DNA of 64,000 nucleotides from an uncultured Desulfarculus sp. (GTDB lineage: Bacteria > Desulfobacterota > Desulfarculia > Desulfarculales > Desulfarculaceae): assembly GCA_963665125.2 (NCBI GenBank), contig CAXXUK010000001.1, positions 384,001 to 448,000 of the forward strand, in the 5' to 3' direction. Every line of letters starts with the position of its first letter. Positions within the stretch are counted from its first letter, which is position 1. The position numbers and the translations under genes are program-made. The notes beneath the pieces are model-generated. The model was not told where the DNA came from, ran no database searches, and worked only from the letters and a program-made list of their open reading frames with translations. This document shows positions 1 through 9,195 of this stretch, in pieces.

Positions 1-611
1 GCCCGCATGGCCGCCCGGACAAGCCCCACCGGGGTCTTGGGCTCGCGGCTGCGGCCGATGATCTCCAGGGCCCGGCTGAGCTGCCAATCGCGGCCCTTGC
101 TCCTGGGGTTGTACAGGGCGATGACAAAGTCGGCGTCTGCGGCGGCGTGCAGCCTTTTTTCGATGACCTCCCAGGGCGTCAGCCGGTCGCTTAGGCTGAT
201 GCAGGCGAAATCATGGGAAAGCGGCGCGCCCAATAGCGCCCCGGCGGCGGCCACGGCCGGTACGCCCGGTACGGCCTCCACCTCCAGGCCTTCCGGGCCG
301 GTCTGGATGCCTTTTTCGTGCAACAACTCGTAGACCACCGGGGCCATGGCGTAGATGCCCGCGTCGCCGCCGGATACCAGGGCCGTAACCGCGCCGTCCA
401 GGGCTGATTGAATGGCCGCCCAGGCCCGGTCGATCTCTTTGGTCATGCCGCTGGCCAGGATCCGTTTGCCCTCCAGGAGTTCTTCGATGTGCCTTAAGTA
501 TGTCTTGTACCCGGCCACCACGTCGGCCTCGGCCAGGGCCTGCCTGGCCCGGCCGGTCATGTGATCCAGGCCGCCGGGGCCCAGCCCCACTATGAAAAGT
601 TTTGCGCTCAT
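1..611 (-). CDS. cbiH: cobalt-precorrin-3B C17-methyltransferase (runs off window start)
   Basis: Not in the ORF track; translated manually from ATG at 611: MSAKLFIVGLGPGGLDHMT...VSGGDAGIYAMA...DFACISLSDRLTPWEVIEKRL...LYNPRS. ATGA overlap with the cbiG stop. Confidence 0.93.
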   Translation of the reverse strand, partial: MSAKLFIVGLGPGGLDHMTGRARQALAEADVVAGYKTYLRHIEELLEGKRILASGMTKEIDRAWAAIQSALDGAVTALVSGGDAGIYAMAPVVYELLHEKGIQTGPEGLEVEAVPGVPAVAAAGALLGAPLSHDFACISLSDRLTPWEVIEKRLHAAADADFVIALYNPRSKGRDWQLSRALEIIGRSREPKTPVGLVRAAMR

Positions 612-1657
612 TTGATTGCTACCGCTGCTGTGGCGTTGATGCTTTTGGTTTTGGTCAGGATCAGTTTTCCGCCGCCGCTGGCCAGGATGGCCGCCGCCTC
701 GCATACGCTGGGCGTGCCCAGACAGCGCAGGGCCGCTTCGGAGGGATTGGGCACCTTTACTTCGGCCAACTCGCCGTGGGCGTAAAACACCGGATCCACC
801 TCCAGATGCCTGGCCACTTCCCGCAGGCCCGGTTCGTCGCGTTTGGCCTCGGCGCTGGCCAAGGCCTTTAGACTGCCCGGTGCCGCCCCGGCCTGGGCCA
901 AAGCCAGATGGGCCAGGCGCAGCAGCTCGTCGGGCGCGGTGTTCTTGTTGCAGCCCATGCCCAGGGCCACGCAGCGGGGCCTGAGCACCAGCCAGGAGGC
1001 GGGAGCCGCGATTTTTTGCCAGCCCACCCAGACCAGGGGTTCGTCGGCCATACCTTTGGTCCTGTCGGAATCGACCAACTCAAACAGGTCCGGGTGCTCG
1101 CCAGTCACCGGCCCGAGCCAGCCGCTGGGGTCGCATACCGGCACCTTGCGGCCGTCCACCAGGGCTCCGCTGACCCCGGCTAGGGCCCCGAGATTTTCCA
1201 CGGCCATGCCCAGTCGTTTGGCTTCCATCTCCAGGCTGGGCAGGCCCAGGTTGTCGGTGGCCGTGGTTATTACGGCCTGGCCTTCCAGGGCTTCGGCTAC
1301 TTGTTGGGCCAGGTCGTTGGCCCCGCCCAAATGCCCCGACAACAGGCTCACGGCATAGCGGCCCTGTTGGTCCACCACCACCACGGCCGGGTCCTGGGCC
1401 TTGCTCACCAACAGCGGGGCCAGGCAGCGGATGACCATGCCCGCCGCACAGACCAGGACGTGGCCGGAATATTGGTTGAAATTGCGTTCCAGCACGTTGT
1501 GCAGCGAATCAAAGGCCTTTTCCCCGATCTCGTGCCGGGCGTGACGCGCGGGCAGAAACACCTGGGCGTTATCCAGGACAATGGCCAGGTTGCGGCAAAT
1601 CTCCGCTCCCGGCGCGCCCAGGGCGTACAGGGCCAGGTTTGGCGGTTGGCCGCTCAT
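608..1657 (-). CDS. cbiG: cobalt-precorrin-5A hydrolase
   Basis: K..DPAVVVVD, SLLSGHLGGAN, VITTATD, GMGC, SVCEAAA motifs; cbi operon context. Confidence 0.93.
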   Translation of the reverse strand: MSGQPPNLALYALGAPGAEICRNLAIVLDNAQVFLPARHARHEIGEKAFDSLHNVLERNFNQYSGHVLVCAAGMVIRCLAPLLVSKAQDPAVVVVDQQGRYAVSLLSGHLGGANDLAQQVAEALEGQAVITTATDNLGLPSLEMEAKRLGMAVENLGALAGVSGALVDGRKVPVCDPSGWLGPVTGEHPDLFELVDSDRTKGMADEPLVWVGWQKIAAPASWLVLRPRCVALGMGCNKNTAPDELLRLAHLALAQAGAAPGSLKALASAEAKRDEPGLREVARHLEVDPVFYAHGELAEVKVPNPSEAALRCLGTPSVCEAAAILASGGGKLILTKTKSINATAAVAIK

Positions 1658-2448
1658 TATTCCTGCCCCTTGCGCCAGCCGTGGCTGAAGGCCCCGTCGT
1701 AGAGTTTGGATTTACTGCCGCCGCTGTAGCCACCCTGCAGGGCCGCCACGGCCGGTCCGGCCAATATCAGGGCCTGCCTGCCGATGCCCGCGTCCGCCAG
1801 ATCTGTGTTAAGGCCGCCCGCCGTGGACCATATGATCTTTTCGTCGGGCCAACTCGCCCGCTGCACCACGGCGATGGGGCTGCCGGGCCCATAGGCCTTG
1901 GACAGGGTCTGGGCCACCTCTTCACTCAGCGCCGCCGAAAGATATATGGCGATGCTGCAACCATGGGCGGCCATGGAGGCCAGATTCTCGGCCTCGGGCA
2001 TGGGCGTGCGCCCGCCGGCCCTGGTGAAGATCAGGCTCTGACATGATTCCGGCAGGGTGTAGCTCAGGCCCAGGGCGGCGGCGGCGGCAAAGGCGGCCGT
2101 CACGCCGGGGATTATCCGCCAGGGTATGCCCAAATCGGCCAGGGCGGCCAGTTGCTCGGGCAGAGCGCCATAGAGGCTGATGTCGCCGGTCTGCAAACGC
2201 ACGACCTTTTTGCCTTGGCCGTGGGCCTGGGCCATGGCCTCGGTTATTTGGTCGAGGTCCAACCCGGCGCTGCTGATGGTTTCGCATTGGGGGCGGCACC
2301 AGGTGAGCATCTCCCGGCTGACCAGGGAACCGGCGTAGACCACCAGGTCGGCCTTTTCCAGGGCGTTTTTACCGGCCACGGTGACCAGATCGGGATCACC
2401 CGGCCCGGCGCCCACGAAAATCACCGGGTTGTCGGTTTGTTTATTCAT
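1657..2448 (-). CDS. cbiF: cobalt-precorrin-4 C11-methyltransferase
   Basis: FVGAGPGDPDLVT, YAGSLV, RLQTGD, QSLIFTR, ASWPDE, SKLYD motifs. Confidence 0.95.
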   Translation of the reverse strand: MNKQTDNPVIFVGAGPGDPDLVTVAGKNALEKADLVVYAGSLVSREMLTWCRPQCETISSAGLDLDQITEAMAQAHGQGKKVVRLQTGDISLYGALPEQLAALADLGIPWRIIPGVTAAFAAAAALGLSYTLPESCQSLIFTRAGGRTPMPEAENLASMAAHGCSIAIYLSAALSEEVAQTLSKAYGPGSPIAVVQRASWPDEKIIWSTAGGLNTDLADAGIGRQALILAGPAVAALQGGYSGGSKSKLYDGAFSHGWRKGQE

Positions 2449-3673
2449 TGTGTTTATCTCCTGGCGCCTTTTTGCCTCTGACCAGCCAAACCGGGTTTAA
2501 GGCACCCATCATGGTTTGGCCCGCCACCGGAACGCCGCGGCTTACCTGTAATAGCGTTTCGTCCACGGCCAGACCGGCTTCGGCCAGGGCCGTTCGTGCG
2601 GCCTCCAGGCTTTGCAGCAGCACGGCGCTGACCACGATGACCCCGCCCGGCGAAAGGACCTCGGCCGAGGCCCGTATAATGGCGGCCAGGTCCTTGCCTC
2701 CGCCGCCGATGAATACCCGGTCCGGCAAAGGCAGTTCCGCCAGCGCCTCGGGCGCCGCGCCTTGGACGACCTCCAGCAGGCCTACGCCGAAGCGGGCCCG
2801 GTTGGCCTTGATCATCTCTACACGGCCGGGGTTTTGCTCCACGGCCACCACCTGGCCGCCGGGCAGGAGCAGACTGGCCTCCAGGCCCAGGGAGCCGCTG
2901 CCCGCCCCGAGGTCCCACAGGGTCAGGTCCGGCCCCAGCTCCAGCCTGGCCAGGGCCACGGCACGCACCTCGGCCTTGGTGATCAAGCTGTTTTCGTGCT
3001 CATAGGCCTCCTCGGGCATGCCCAGGTGCAGTCTGGCGGGGTGCCCGACGCGCTCCAGCAGGATCACGCTCAGGGCTGAGAAATCCATGTCCGCCGCCTT
3101 GCCGGGCTCGTACAGGCCGATGCGTTCACTGGCCGAGCCCAAATCCTCCAACACGTGCATGCGCCAGCCGCCCAGACCCCGGTGGTTGAGGATCGCGGCA
3201 ATGTCGGCGGGGCCCATGCCGGGCCGGGTGTACACGCTGACCAGGTCGTGGAAGGCCATGGCCCGCCATAGGGAGCCCAGGGCGTTTTCGGCTGTAGCGT
3301 GCAGGGAGACATGGGCCGCCCGGCCCCATTGCAGGCCCAATTGGGCGCAGGCCGCCTGCATGGCGCTGATGTTGGGTGCCACAACCACGTTGTCCCGGCC
3401 CAGTCGTTTGATCACGGACCCGGCCACTCCGAAAAAGCTAGGATCGCCCGAGGCCAGAACCACGACGTGTTGCGTCTCGGCGGCCCCGGCCACGGCGTCA
3501 AGCCAGGCCCCCATGCCGCCGGACAGCTCCAGGCTCTCGGCCTTGTGACCTTTAAACCAATCCAGCAAGCGCCGCCCCCCGGCCAGGACCTGGGACTTGG
3601 CGATGATTTCGGCCATGGACGGAGTAAGGTCTTCCGGGCCCAGACCCAGGCCTATGACATGCACCGGCAACAT
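2441..3673 (-). CDS. cbiET: bifunctional cobalt-precorrin-7 C5 / precorrin-6B C15 methyltransferase (CbiE-CbiT fusion)
   Basis: VIGLG, LASGDP in the N-domain; ITKAEVR, WDLGAGSGS, DRVFIGG in the C-domain. Start moved to ATG 3673 (TAATG overlap with the cbiD stop). Confidence 0.92.
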   Translation of the reverse strand: MLPVHVIGLGLGPEDLTPSMAEIIAKSQVLAGGRRLLDWFKGHKAESLELSGGMGAWLDAVAGAAETQHVVVLASGDPSFFGVAGSVIKRLGRDNVVVAPNISAMQAACAQLGLQWGRAAHVSLHATAENALGSLWRAMAFHDLVSVYTRPGMGPADIAAILNHRGLGGWRMHVLEDLGSASERIGLYEPGKAADMDFSALSVILLERVGHPARLHLGMPEEAYEHENSLITKAEVRAVALARLELGPDLTLWDLGAGSGSLGLEASLLLPGGQVVAVEQNPGRVEMIKANRARFGVGLLEVVQGAAPEALAELPLPDRVFIGGGGKDLAAIIRASAEVLSPGGVIVVSAVLLQSLEAARTALAEAGLAVDETLLQVSRGVPVAGQTMMGALNPVWLVRGKKAPGDKHNE

Positions 3674-4782
3674 TAGGCCCGCCCCTCCTGTCTGCCCCGG
3701 AACAGCACGGCGCCGTCGTAGTCTATGATTACGGCCCATAAATCGGGCTTTGGTCCGGCGAATTTGCGGGCCGAAGGCAGCATGCGCCTGCCCACCTCTC
3801 CCACGAACTCCAGGCGGCCCGCCTTGCGCAGGATGTCCAGGGCCTGACGGGCCGTATTGGCCCCGGCTATTTCCGCCGCCGTAGTCTCATCAAGGCCCGC
3901 CGGGCCCAGCCATCCGGCCAGCATGGGCAAATCCATGGCCGCCTTGTGGGCGTGGGTGTATTCCAGACCGGCGGCCTGTTTGACGGCCTTGCCGAAAAAC
4001 GAGACCAGGCCGATGCGTTGCATGCCAGCCACTGCGCAGGCCCCCAGGGCGTAGCCGAAGAAGTCGGCAATCTGCACAAAAGCCGTTTCCGGAAGGTCCG
4101 GCCGCAGGGTCATGGCCCGTTTTTCGCTTTTGCCGCCGGTGGTCAACACCGCTTCGATGACACCCTCGGCCCTGGCCACGGACAGACCCATGTCTATGGT
4201 TTCGGTGTAGGCCTCGTGGCTGAACGGCTTGACCAGGCCGGTAGTGCCCAGGATGGATATGCCCCCCAGCACGCCCAGTCGGGGATTGAGGGTGCGTTTG
4301 GCCAGTTCCTCGCCTTTTTGCACGCTGATCGTCACCGTGACGCAGTATTGTTTGTCCGGCGCGGCCCAGGCCAGGGCCTGGCGCACGGCCTTGGCGATCA
4401 TCTGCCGGGGCGTGGGGTTGATGGCCGGGTTTCCCGGCTCCACGGGCAGGCCGGGTTTAGTCACCTGGCCCACGCCTTCGCCGCCCAGAATTTCCAGGCT
4501 TCCGCTGCCGTTTCGCGATACGCTGATCTCCACTTCTGCGGCGATCCGGGCCCGGTTGGTCACGTCGGGGTCGTCTCCGGCGTCCTTGATCACTTCGGCC
4601 TTGCAGGGCCTGTTTGCCTGGCGGATCACCAGGGCCACCGGCACCTCGATACTGCCGCCGTCAGGCAGGCTGACGTCCACGCAGTCGAACTCCAGGCCAA
4701 AGGCGGACATCACCGCTGCCTTGGCCGCCGCGGCGGCGGCCGTACCGGTGGTGAATCCGCTTCTGAGCCTGCGCCTGGCCAT
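3673..4782 (-). CDS. cbiD: cobalt-precorrin-5B C1-methyltransferase
   Basis: LRSGFTTGTAAAAAAKAA, KDAGDDPDVT, TLNPRLGVLGGISILGTTG. Confidence 0.96.
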   Translation of the reverse strand: MARRRLRSGFTTGTAAAAAAKAAVMSAFGLEFDCVDVSLPDGGSIEVPVALVIRQANRPCKAEVIKDAGDDPDVTNRARIAAEVEISVSRNGSGSLEILGGEGVGQVTKPGLPVEPGNPAINPTPRQMIAKAVRQALAWAAPDKQYCVTVTISVQKGEELAKRTLNPRLGVLGGISILGTTGLVKPFSHEAYTETIDMGLSVARAEGVIEAVLTTGGKSEKRAMTLRPDLPETAFVQIADFFGYALGACAVAGMQRIGLVSFFGKAVKQAAGLEYTHAHKAAMDLPMLAGWLGPAGLDETTAAEIAGANTARQALDILRKAGRLEFVGEVGRRMLPSARKFAGPKPDLWAVIIDYDGAVLFRGRQEGRA

Positions 4783-4785
4783 TGG

Positions 4786-5517
4786 CTACGCCTCCCGGCC
4801 TTTTTGCCGTTTGACCACGCAAAGGGTCAGGTAGGGCATCTTCTGGCCCTTGATGGACGTGGCGTCGGGCGTAACACGCTCATCGGGCAGGCCGATCTGG
4901 GAGACCGCCGAGATGGTGCAGGTCCTGGGTAGGCTTTCCACGGTCTCGACGATGTCGTCAAATTGGCGGTAGGCTTTCATGATCACGATATTTTCGCTGA
5001 AATCGGACAGCCTCCTTATTGCCTCGGGATCGCCCACGCCGCTGACCACCACCAGCGATTCGTTGCTTTCCACCAGGGGCTTGTTCAGCCTGGCGGCGGC
5101 GGCGTGATAGGCGGTGATGCCCGGCACGGTCACGGCTTTGGCCCGGCAGCCGGCCTTGGCCAGGGTCTCCAGGAGATAGCCGTAGGTGCTGTAGGTAAGC
5201 GGGTCGCCAATGGTGATGAACGCCGCGTCCAGCCCCTGGACCAGCACCCCGCGCACGGCCTCGGCGTTTTCCTGCCAGGCCCTTTGCAAAACGGCGTCGT
5301 CGTTGGTCATGGGGAAGGGCAGCTTGACTACCTTTGTCGTTTCCGGGATCATTTTTTCGGCGGTGTTAAGGGCCAGGCTGTAGCCGTTTTTTGGAGAGCT
5401 GGCCGCGAAAACCACGTCAACGCTTTTGAGCACGTTGACGGCTTTTATGGTCAATAGTTCCGGGTCGCCGGGACCCACGCCGACACCGTAGAGGGTGCCG
5501 ATGGTTTGGTCATTCAT
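4786..5517 (-). CDS. cbiL: precorrin-2 C20-methyltransferase
   Basis: LYGVGVGPGDPELLTIKA, FPM, GDPLTYST, VPGIT. Start moved to ATG 5517 (ATGA overlap with the cbiC stop). Confidence 0.93.
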   Translation of the reverse strand: MNDQTIGTLYGVGVGPGDPELLTIKAVNVLKSVDVVFAASSPKNGYSLALNTAEKMIPETTKVVKLPFPMTNDDAVLQRAWQENAEAVRGVLVQGLDAAFITIGDPLTYSTYGYLLETLAKAGCRAKAVTVPGITAYHAAAARLNKPLVESNESLVVVSGVGDPEAIRRLSDFSENIVIMKAYRQFDDIVETVESLPRTCTISAVSQIGLPDERVTPDATSIKGQKMPYLTLCVVKRQKGREA

Positions 5518-6158
5518 TGTTGGTTCTCCGTGGCCATGATGGCCATGGCGTTGATGACGCTGGCCGCCACTGCGGAGCCGCCCTTGCGGCCCCTGGCGGT
5601 GATGAACGGTAGATCGGCGGCCTCGGCCAGACATTGCTTGGCCTCGGCGGCATTGACAAACCCCACCGGCAGGCCCACCACCAGGCCCGGTTTGGCCCGG
5701 CCCGCCATGGCGTGCTCCAACAGGCGCAGCAGGGCGGTGGGGGCGTTGCCGATCACGAACACGGCCTCGGGATTTGTTTCCACGGCCAGGTCCACGGCGG
5801 CAACGGACCTGGTTGTGGCTCCGGCCGTGGCTCTGGCGATGGTCTGGCCCCGGCTGATCAGGCAGCGCACATCCACGCCCAGGGGGTCCATACGCCAGGG
5901 GGATATGCCCATTTTGGCCATCTGGGTGTCGGTGAAGATGGTGCAGCCACTCTTCAATGAATCAATGCCTTTTTCTATGGCCCCGTTGCTGAATATGGTG
6001 ATGCCGGCCCAGTCGAAATCGGCCGTGGTGTGGATCATCCGGCGGACGATGGACCATTGCCGCAGGGAATATCCGTGCTCGCCCGTTTCGGAGTCGATAA
6101 TGGCCAGGCTGCGGGCTTCAATGTCCTCGGGCCTCAGGTTCCAGGCTTTTTGCTCCAT
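5514..6158 (-). CDS. cbiC: precorrin-8X methylmutase
   Basis: IEARS, RMIHTTAD, IGNAPTAL, PVGFVNAAEAK, GRKGGS. Start ATG 6158 overlaps the cbiA stop. Confidence 0.95.
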   Translation of the reverse strand: MEQKAWNLRPEDIEARSLAIIDSETGEHGYSLRQWSIVRRMIHTTADFDWAGITIFSNGAIEKGIDSLKSGCTIFTDTQMAKMGISPWRMDPLGVDVRCLISRGQTIARATAGATTRSVAAVDLAVETNPEAVFVIGNAPTALLRLLEHAMAGRAKPGLVVGLPVGFVNAAEAKQCLAEAADLPFITARGRKGGSAVAASVINAMAIMATENQQ

Positions 6159-7531
6159 CAGTTCGTCCCCCGGCAAAAGTTGACAAAGTTTTCGGCCAAT
6201 AGAGGATTGCTGCCGAAATGGAAATGCATGTAACTGGCCACGGTGTTGGCCACCCGGAAACCGGCTGGGCCAAAGGGCAGGCTCTTGCGGCCGGTGAGAT
6301 CAAGTACGCCGGTCTCGGCGCCGCCATGGTCGCAGATGATCTCCGAATAATGAAATTCATGGCCCCTGGCCGTGGCGCCCTTGGGGCCCAGAGGCGTGTC
6401 CGTGGCAAAGGCCGCACGGCGGTATCCCAATTTGCGCAACTTGTTGTTCATGCCCGTGTCAATGGGCAGTACGCCGCACAGAGGCCACTTGCGGCCCTCC
6501 AGGTCTTCGATGGTGCGGCCCAGGTAGATCATGCCGCCGCATTCGCCCAGGATGGGCAGGCCGCCTTGGGCCATCTTTTTGATCTCCAGGAGCATGGCCG
6601 TGTTTTGGGCCAACCGGTCGGCGAACAGCTCGGGATAGCCCCCGCCCAGGTAGAGGCCGTGCAAACCGGCGGGCGGGGCGCTGTCACGCAGGGGCGAAAA
6701 GAAAACCAGTTCAGCCCCGGCCTGGCGCAAGCGGCGCAGGTTTTCCTGGTAGTAAAAGCAAAAGGCCTCGTCCCTGGCCACGCCGATGCGCACCTCGGCG
6801 GCCTGGGGAGGATCATCGGCCACGGCCGATAATTGGATTTCGGGCAGCCCGGCGATCAGTCCGTCAAGGTCCAGGCCCTCTTCTGCCAGGTCTGCCAGAC
6901 GCTCCAGGGTTTGGCTGCCCAGGCCGCCTTCCTCGGCGGTGATCAGTCCCAGATGCCGCTCGGGCATGGAAAGGCCGCCGTCGCGTAAAAGCCCTCCCAG
7001 GAAAGGCATGTCGCCGGGCCTGGTCATGGATTGGCCCAGCAGGTTGATGTGCATCTGGCTGCCGCATTTGTTGGCGATGACTCCGGCCCAGGCAAGGTCC
7101 GGGTCAAAGCCCTTGAATCCGGCGGCCATGGCGGCGATGCTGCGGGCCATGCCCTTGGCGTTGATCACCAGAGCCGCTGGTATGCCCAAAAGCTTGGCCA
7201 AATGGGCCGAGGAGCCGGTTTCGTCATGGGCGGAAAAGCCGTCAAAGATGCCCATGACGCCTTCGACGATAGCGATGTCGGCGTCGGCGGCGTAGCGGCA
7301 GAAAATGGCCCGGTTTTCCTCCGGGTCGAGCATCCAGGTGTCTAGATTGTGCGAAAGCCGCCCGCAGGCGGTGAAGTGGTGGCCGGGGTCGATGAAATCG
7401 GGGCCGGTCTTGAACGGCTGGACGGCCAGGCCCCTGCGGTGCAGCGCAGCCAGCAGGGCCAGCGTAACGGTGGTCTTGCCCCCTCCGCTGCCGGTGGCCC
7501 CGATGCTCAGCGCCTTGATGCGTTTACTCAA
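6158..7531 (-). CDS. cbiA: cobyrinate a,c-diamide synthase
   Basis: SGGGKTT, FKTGPDFIDP, EGVMG, ERHLGL, GGGYPE, GECGG, GHEFHYS. Likely TTG start at 7531, just past the terminator; exact start uncertain. Confidence 0.93.
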   Translation of the reverse strand: MSKRIKALSIGATGSGGGKTTVTLALLAALHRRGLAVQPFKTGPDFIDPGHHFTACGRLSHNLDTWMLDPEENRAIFCRYAADADIAIVEGVMGIFDGFSAHDETGSSAHLAKLLGIPAALVINAKGMARSIAAMAAGFKGFDPDLAWAGVIANKCGSQMHINLLGQSMTRPGDMPFLGGLLRDGGLSMPERHLGLITAEEGGLGSQTLERLADLAEEGLDLDGLIAGLPEIQLSAVADDPPQAAEVRIGVARDEAFCFYYQENLRRLRQAGAELVFFSPLRDSAPPAGLHGLYLGGGYPELFADRLAQNTAMLLEIKKMAQGGLPILGECGGMIYLGRTIEDLEGRKWPLCGVLPIDTGMNNKLRKLGYRRAAFATDTPLGPKGATARGHEFHYSEIICDHGGAETGVLDLTGRKSLPFGPAGFRVANTVASYMHFHFGSNPLLAENFVNFCRGTN

Positions 7532-7534
7532 AAC

Positions 7535-7564
7535 AAAAAACCCCCGGTCCAAAAGAACCGAGGG
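7535..7564 (-). terminator. intrinsic terminator, expression platform of the B12 riboswitch
   Basis: Minus strand CCCTCGGTTC-TTTT-GGACCGGGGG-TTTTTT: 10-bp stem with G-U pairs plus U-tract, immediately before cbiA. Confidence 0.8.
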
Positions 7565-7635
7565 ACTGCACCCAGCTTACTTGACCCCTAGGTCGGCCTC
7601 CAATACGCATAACCCGGCGCGGACAGCCTTTTTTA

Positions 7636-7805
7636 AGGAGCAGGCAGGTCTTCTGACTCCCGGATCATCCTATTTGCCGCGCCTTCCCATTGGTTGACAC
7701 CAACAGTGGCTTGGTTGCGGCTTTCGTCCCCGGTTACAGCGGCGGGACCGCGCCGGATTTTCACCGGCTTCCCTCTGGGCCATTTTTCAGGCACCTGTTC
7801 CCAAT
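7636..7805 (-). ncRNA. cobalamin (AdoCbl) riboswitch
   Basis: Minus strand AGGTGCC...AGGGAAGCCGGTGAAAATCCGGCGCGGTCCCGCCGCTGTAA...GCCACTG...GGGAAGGC...GAGTCAGAAGACCTGCC (B12 box), upstream of the cbi operon. Confidence 0.96.
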
Positions 7806-7809
7806 TCAG

Positions 7810-7849
7810 ATTATACAGAGCCCTTACCAACAAAGAGATGAACTGTCAA
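7810..7849 (-). promoter_or_regulatory. putative sigma70 promoter for the riboswitch/cbi operon
   Basis: Perfect TTGACA (7849-7844). The -10 is ambiguous: TAAGGG at 17 bp, or TATAAT at 28 bp. Confidence 0.4.
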
Positions 7850-7977
7850 TATCATTGGAAGGCGCAGCCAACAAATAGCGGCCAAGGGCCTTAAGGAAAC
7901 GTATCGTTCTTTTGGAACACTGGCCTTCGCCGGGAAAAAGGCGGGCCCCGGCGCCTGGATATGACAATTGATTACGC

Positions 7978-8010
7978 AAAGCGGGCCGCCGGGTGAGCGC
8001 GGCCCGCTTT
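7978..8010. terminator. inverted repeat / terminator downstream of the lipoprotein gene
   Basis: AAAGCGGGCCGC...GCGGCCCGCTTT. Confidence 0.7.
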
Positions 8011-8038
8011 CGATTGCTTGATGGGAAAGATGGAAATG

Positions 8039-8275
8039 CTATTTTTGCTGCTGGGCCTTTACCTCGGCCACCTCATCCTGATTAACGGTAATGGCGTTGC
8101 CGTCCATATCCTTGAAATCGTAGGTCTTGGTGTCTTTGTTGAGTTCGGGCTTTTCCATGGTGGTGTAGGATTTGCCGGCGTTGGTGGTCAGGGTGTAAAG
8201 CGTGGCTCCGCCGCCGCACCCCATGGCCAGAACCAGGCTCAAGCAAATCGCCATGGCCAATGCTTTGATTTTCAT
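8039..8275 (-). CDS. small lipoprotein, YgdI/YgdR-like
   Basis: Signal peptide with lipobox LAMGC; Y.L.T..G...T..KP....T....KD.DG....VN..EV pattern resembles YgdI/YgdR; RBS-like GGGGTG upstream. Confidence 0.72.
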   Translation of the reverse strand: MKIKALAMAICLSLVLAMGCGGGATLYTLTTNAGKSYTTMEKPELNKDTKTYDFKDMDGNAITVNQDEVAEVKAQQQK

Positions 8276-8440
8276 AATTCACCCCTGTGTGTGACAGATA
8301 TGGTTGAGGAATAACCAGGGGGCTTTGCCCCGCATTATTTCGATCAGGTTACAACAACCATGAACACAGGGCCAAGCACTTTCATCAGGCCTTTGACGGA
8401 ACATGCCTGAACCATGCCGGTATTTGCCAGTCGCCAAACA

Positions 8441-9073
8441 TTAAAGTAAAGACTTCAATGATGTTCCGATGCTTTGCTCGATGAGCGCGTCAACCGGCCG
8501 CCAGGGGATCTCCCGTACGGTGATCAGGCAGGTGACAATGCCCTGGGCCTGGGTCAGCAGGGCCTGCCAGATAAGTTCGGTGTCATCGCCTTGGATCATG
8601 CCCCGTTGGCGGGCGTCGTCAATGGCCCGCACCAGGGCCTGGTAGGCTTCCATCCCGGACATCACGGCCAGCCCGTTCATGTCCTCGTCGGGCGTGGACG
8701 ACAGGTCCTCGATCATGAAGATCACCCGGTAATGGTCCGGGTTGGCGACCCAGTATTTGATGTACTGGGTCAAGATGACCCGGATGCGCTCAAGCGGATC
8801 ATCGACGCCGGCGATGGCCGCCATGCAGCAATCCGATAGGCGCTGGAACAACTCTTCCCACAGAAAATGCAGGATGTGGCGTTTGTTGTGGAAGTAGTGG
8901 TAGAGCGTGGTGGGGTTGAGGCCCGCCTGTGCCGCCACCTTGCGCATGGACACCTTTTCAAAGCCCTGTTCCAGAAACATGGTCCGCGCGGCATCGATTA
9001 TGCGTAGGCGCAGGGCCTGCTTTTGCTCTTCGCTTTGGGGAGGGCGGCCCCGCTGTTTTATAGGTTCGGTCAT
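8441..9073 (-). CDS. TetR/AcrR family regulator
   Basis: N-terminal HTH GFEKVSMRKVAAQAGLNPTTLYHYFHNK; divergent from the 9196 operon. Confidence 0.92.
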   Translation of the reverse strand: MTEPIKQRGRPPQSEEQKQALRLRIIDAARTMFLEQGFEKVSMRKVAAQAGLNPTTLYHYFHNKRHILHFLWEELFQRLSDCCMAAIAGVDDPLERIRVILTQYIKYWVANPDHYRVIFMIEDLSSTPDEDMNGLAVMSGMEAYQALVRAIDDARQRGMIQGDDTELIWQALLTQAQGIVTCLITVREIPWRPVDALIEQSIGTSLKSLL

Positions 9074-9089
9074 GGGTAGTTCTTTTGTG

Positions 9090-9149
9090 TAACGCGTATG
9101 AAATAAACTTGCAATCCGCTGACGGCTTGTGTTTTTATTAACGCGTTAA
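9090..9149. promoter_or_regulatory. putative TetR operators (two TAACGCGT palindromes)
   Basis: TAACGCGTA at 9090-9098 and perfect TTAACGCGTTAA at 9138-9149 in the divergent intergenic region. Confidence 0.6.
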
Positions 9150-9195
9150 ATAAAATAATGCAATGGGATTGTGAAAGTTCGGCAAGGTGAAGGCC

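Noticed and set aside
7633..7894. Short ORFs upstream of cbiA
   Set aside because: They overlap the cobalamin riboswitch and promoter; no coding signal
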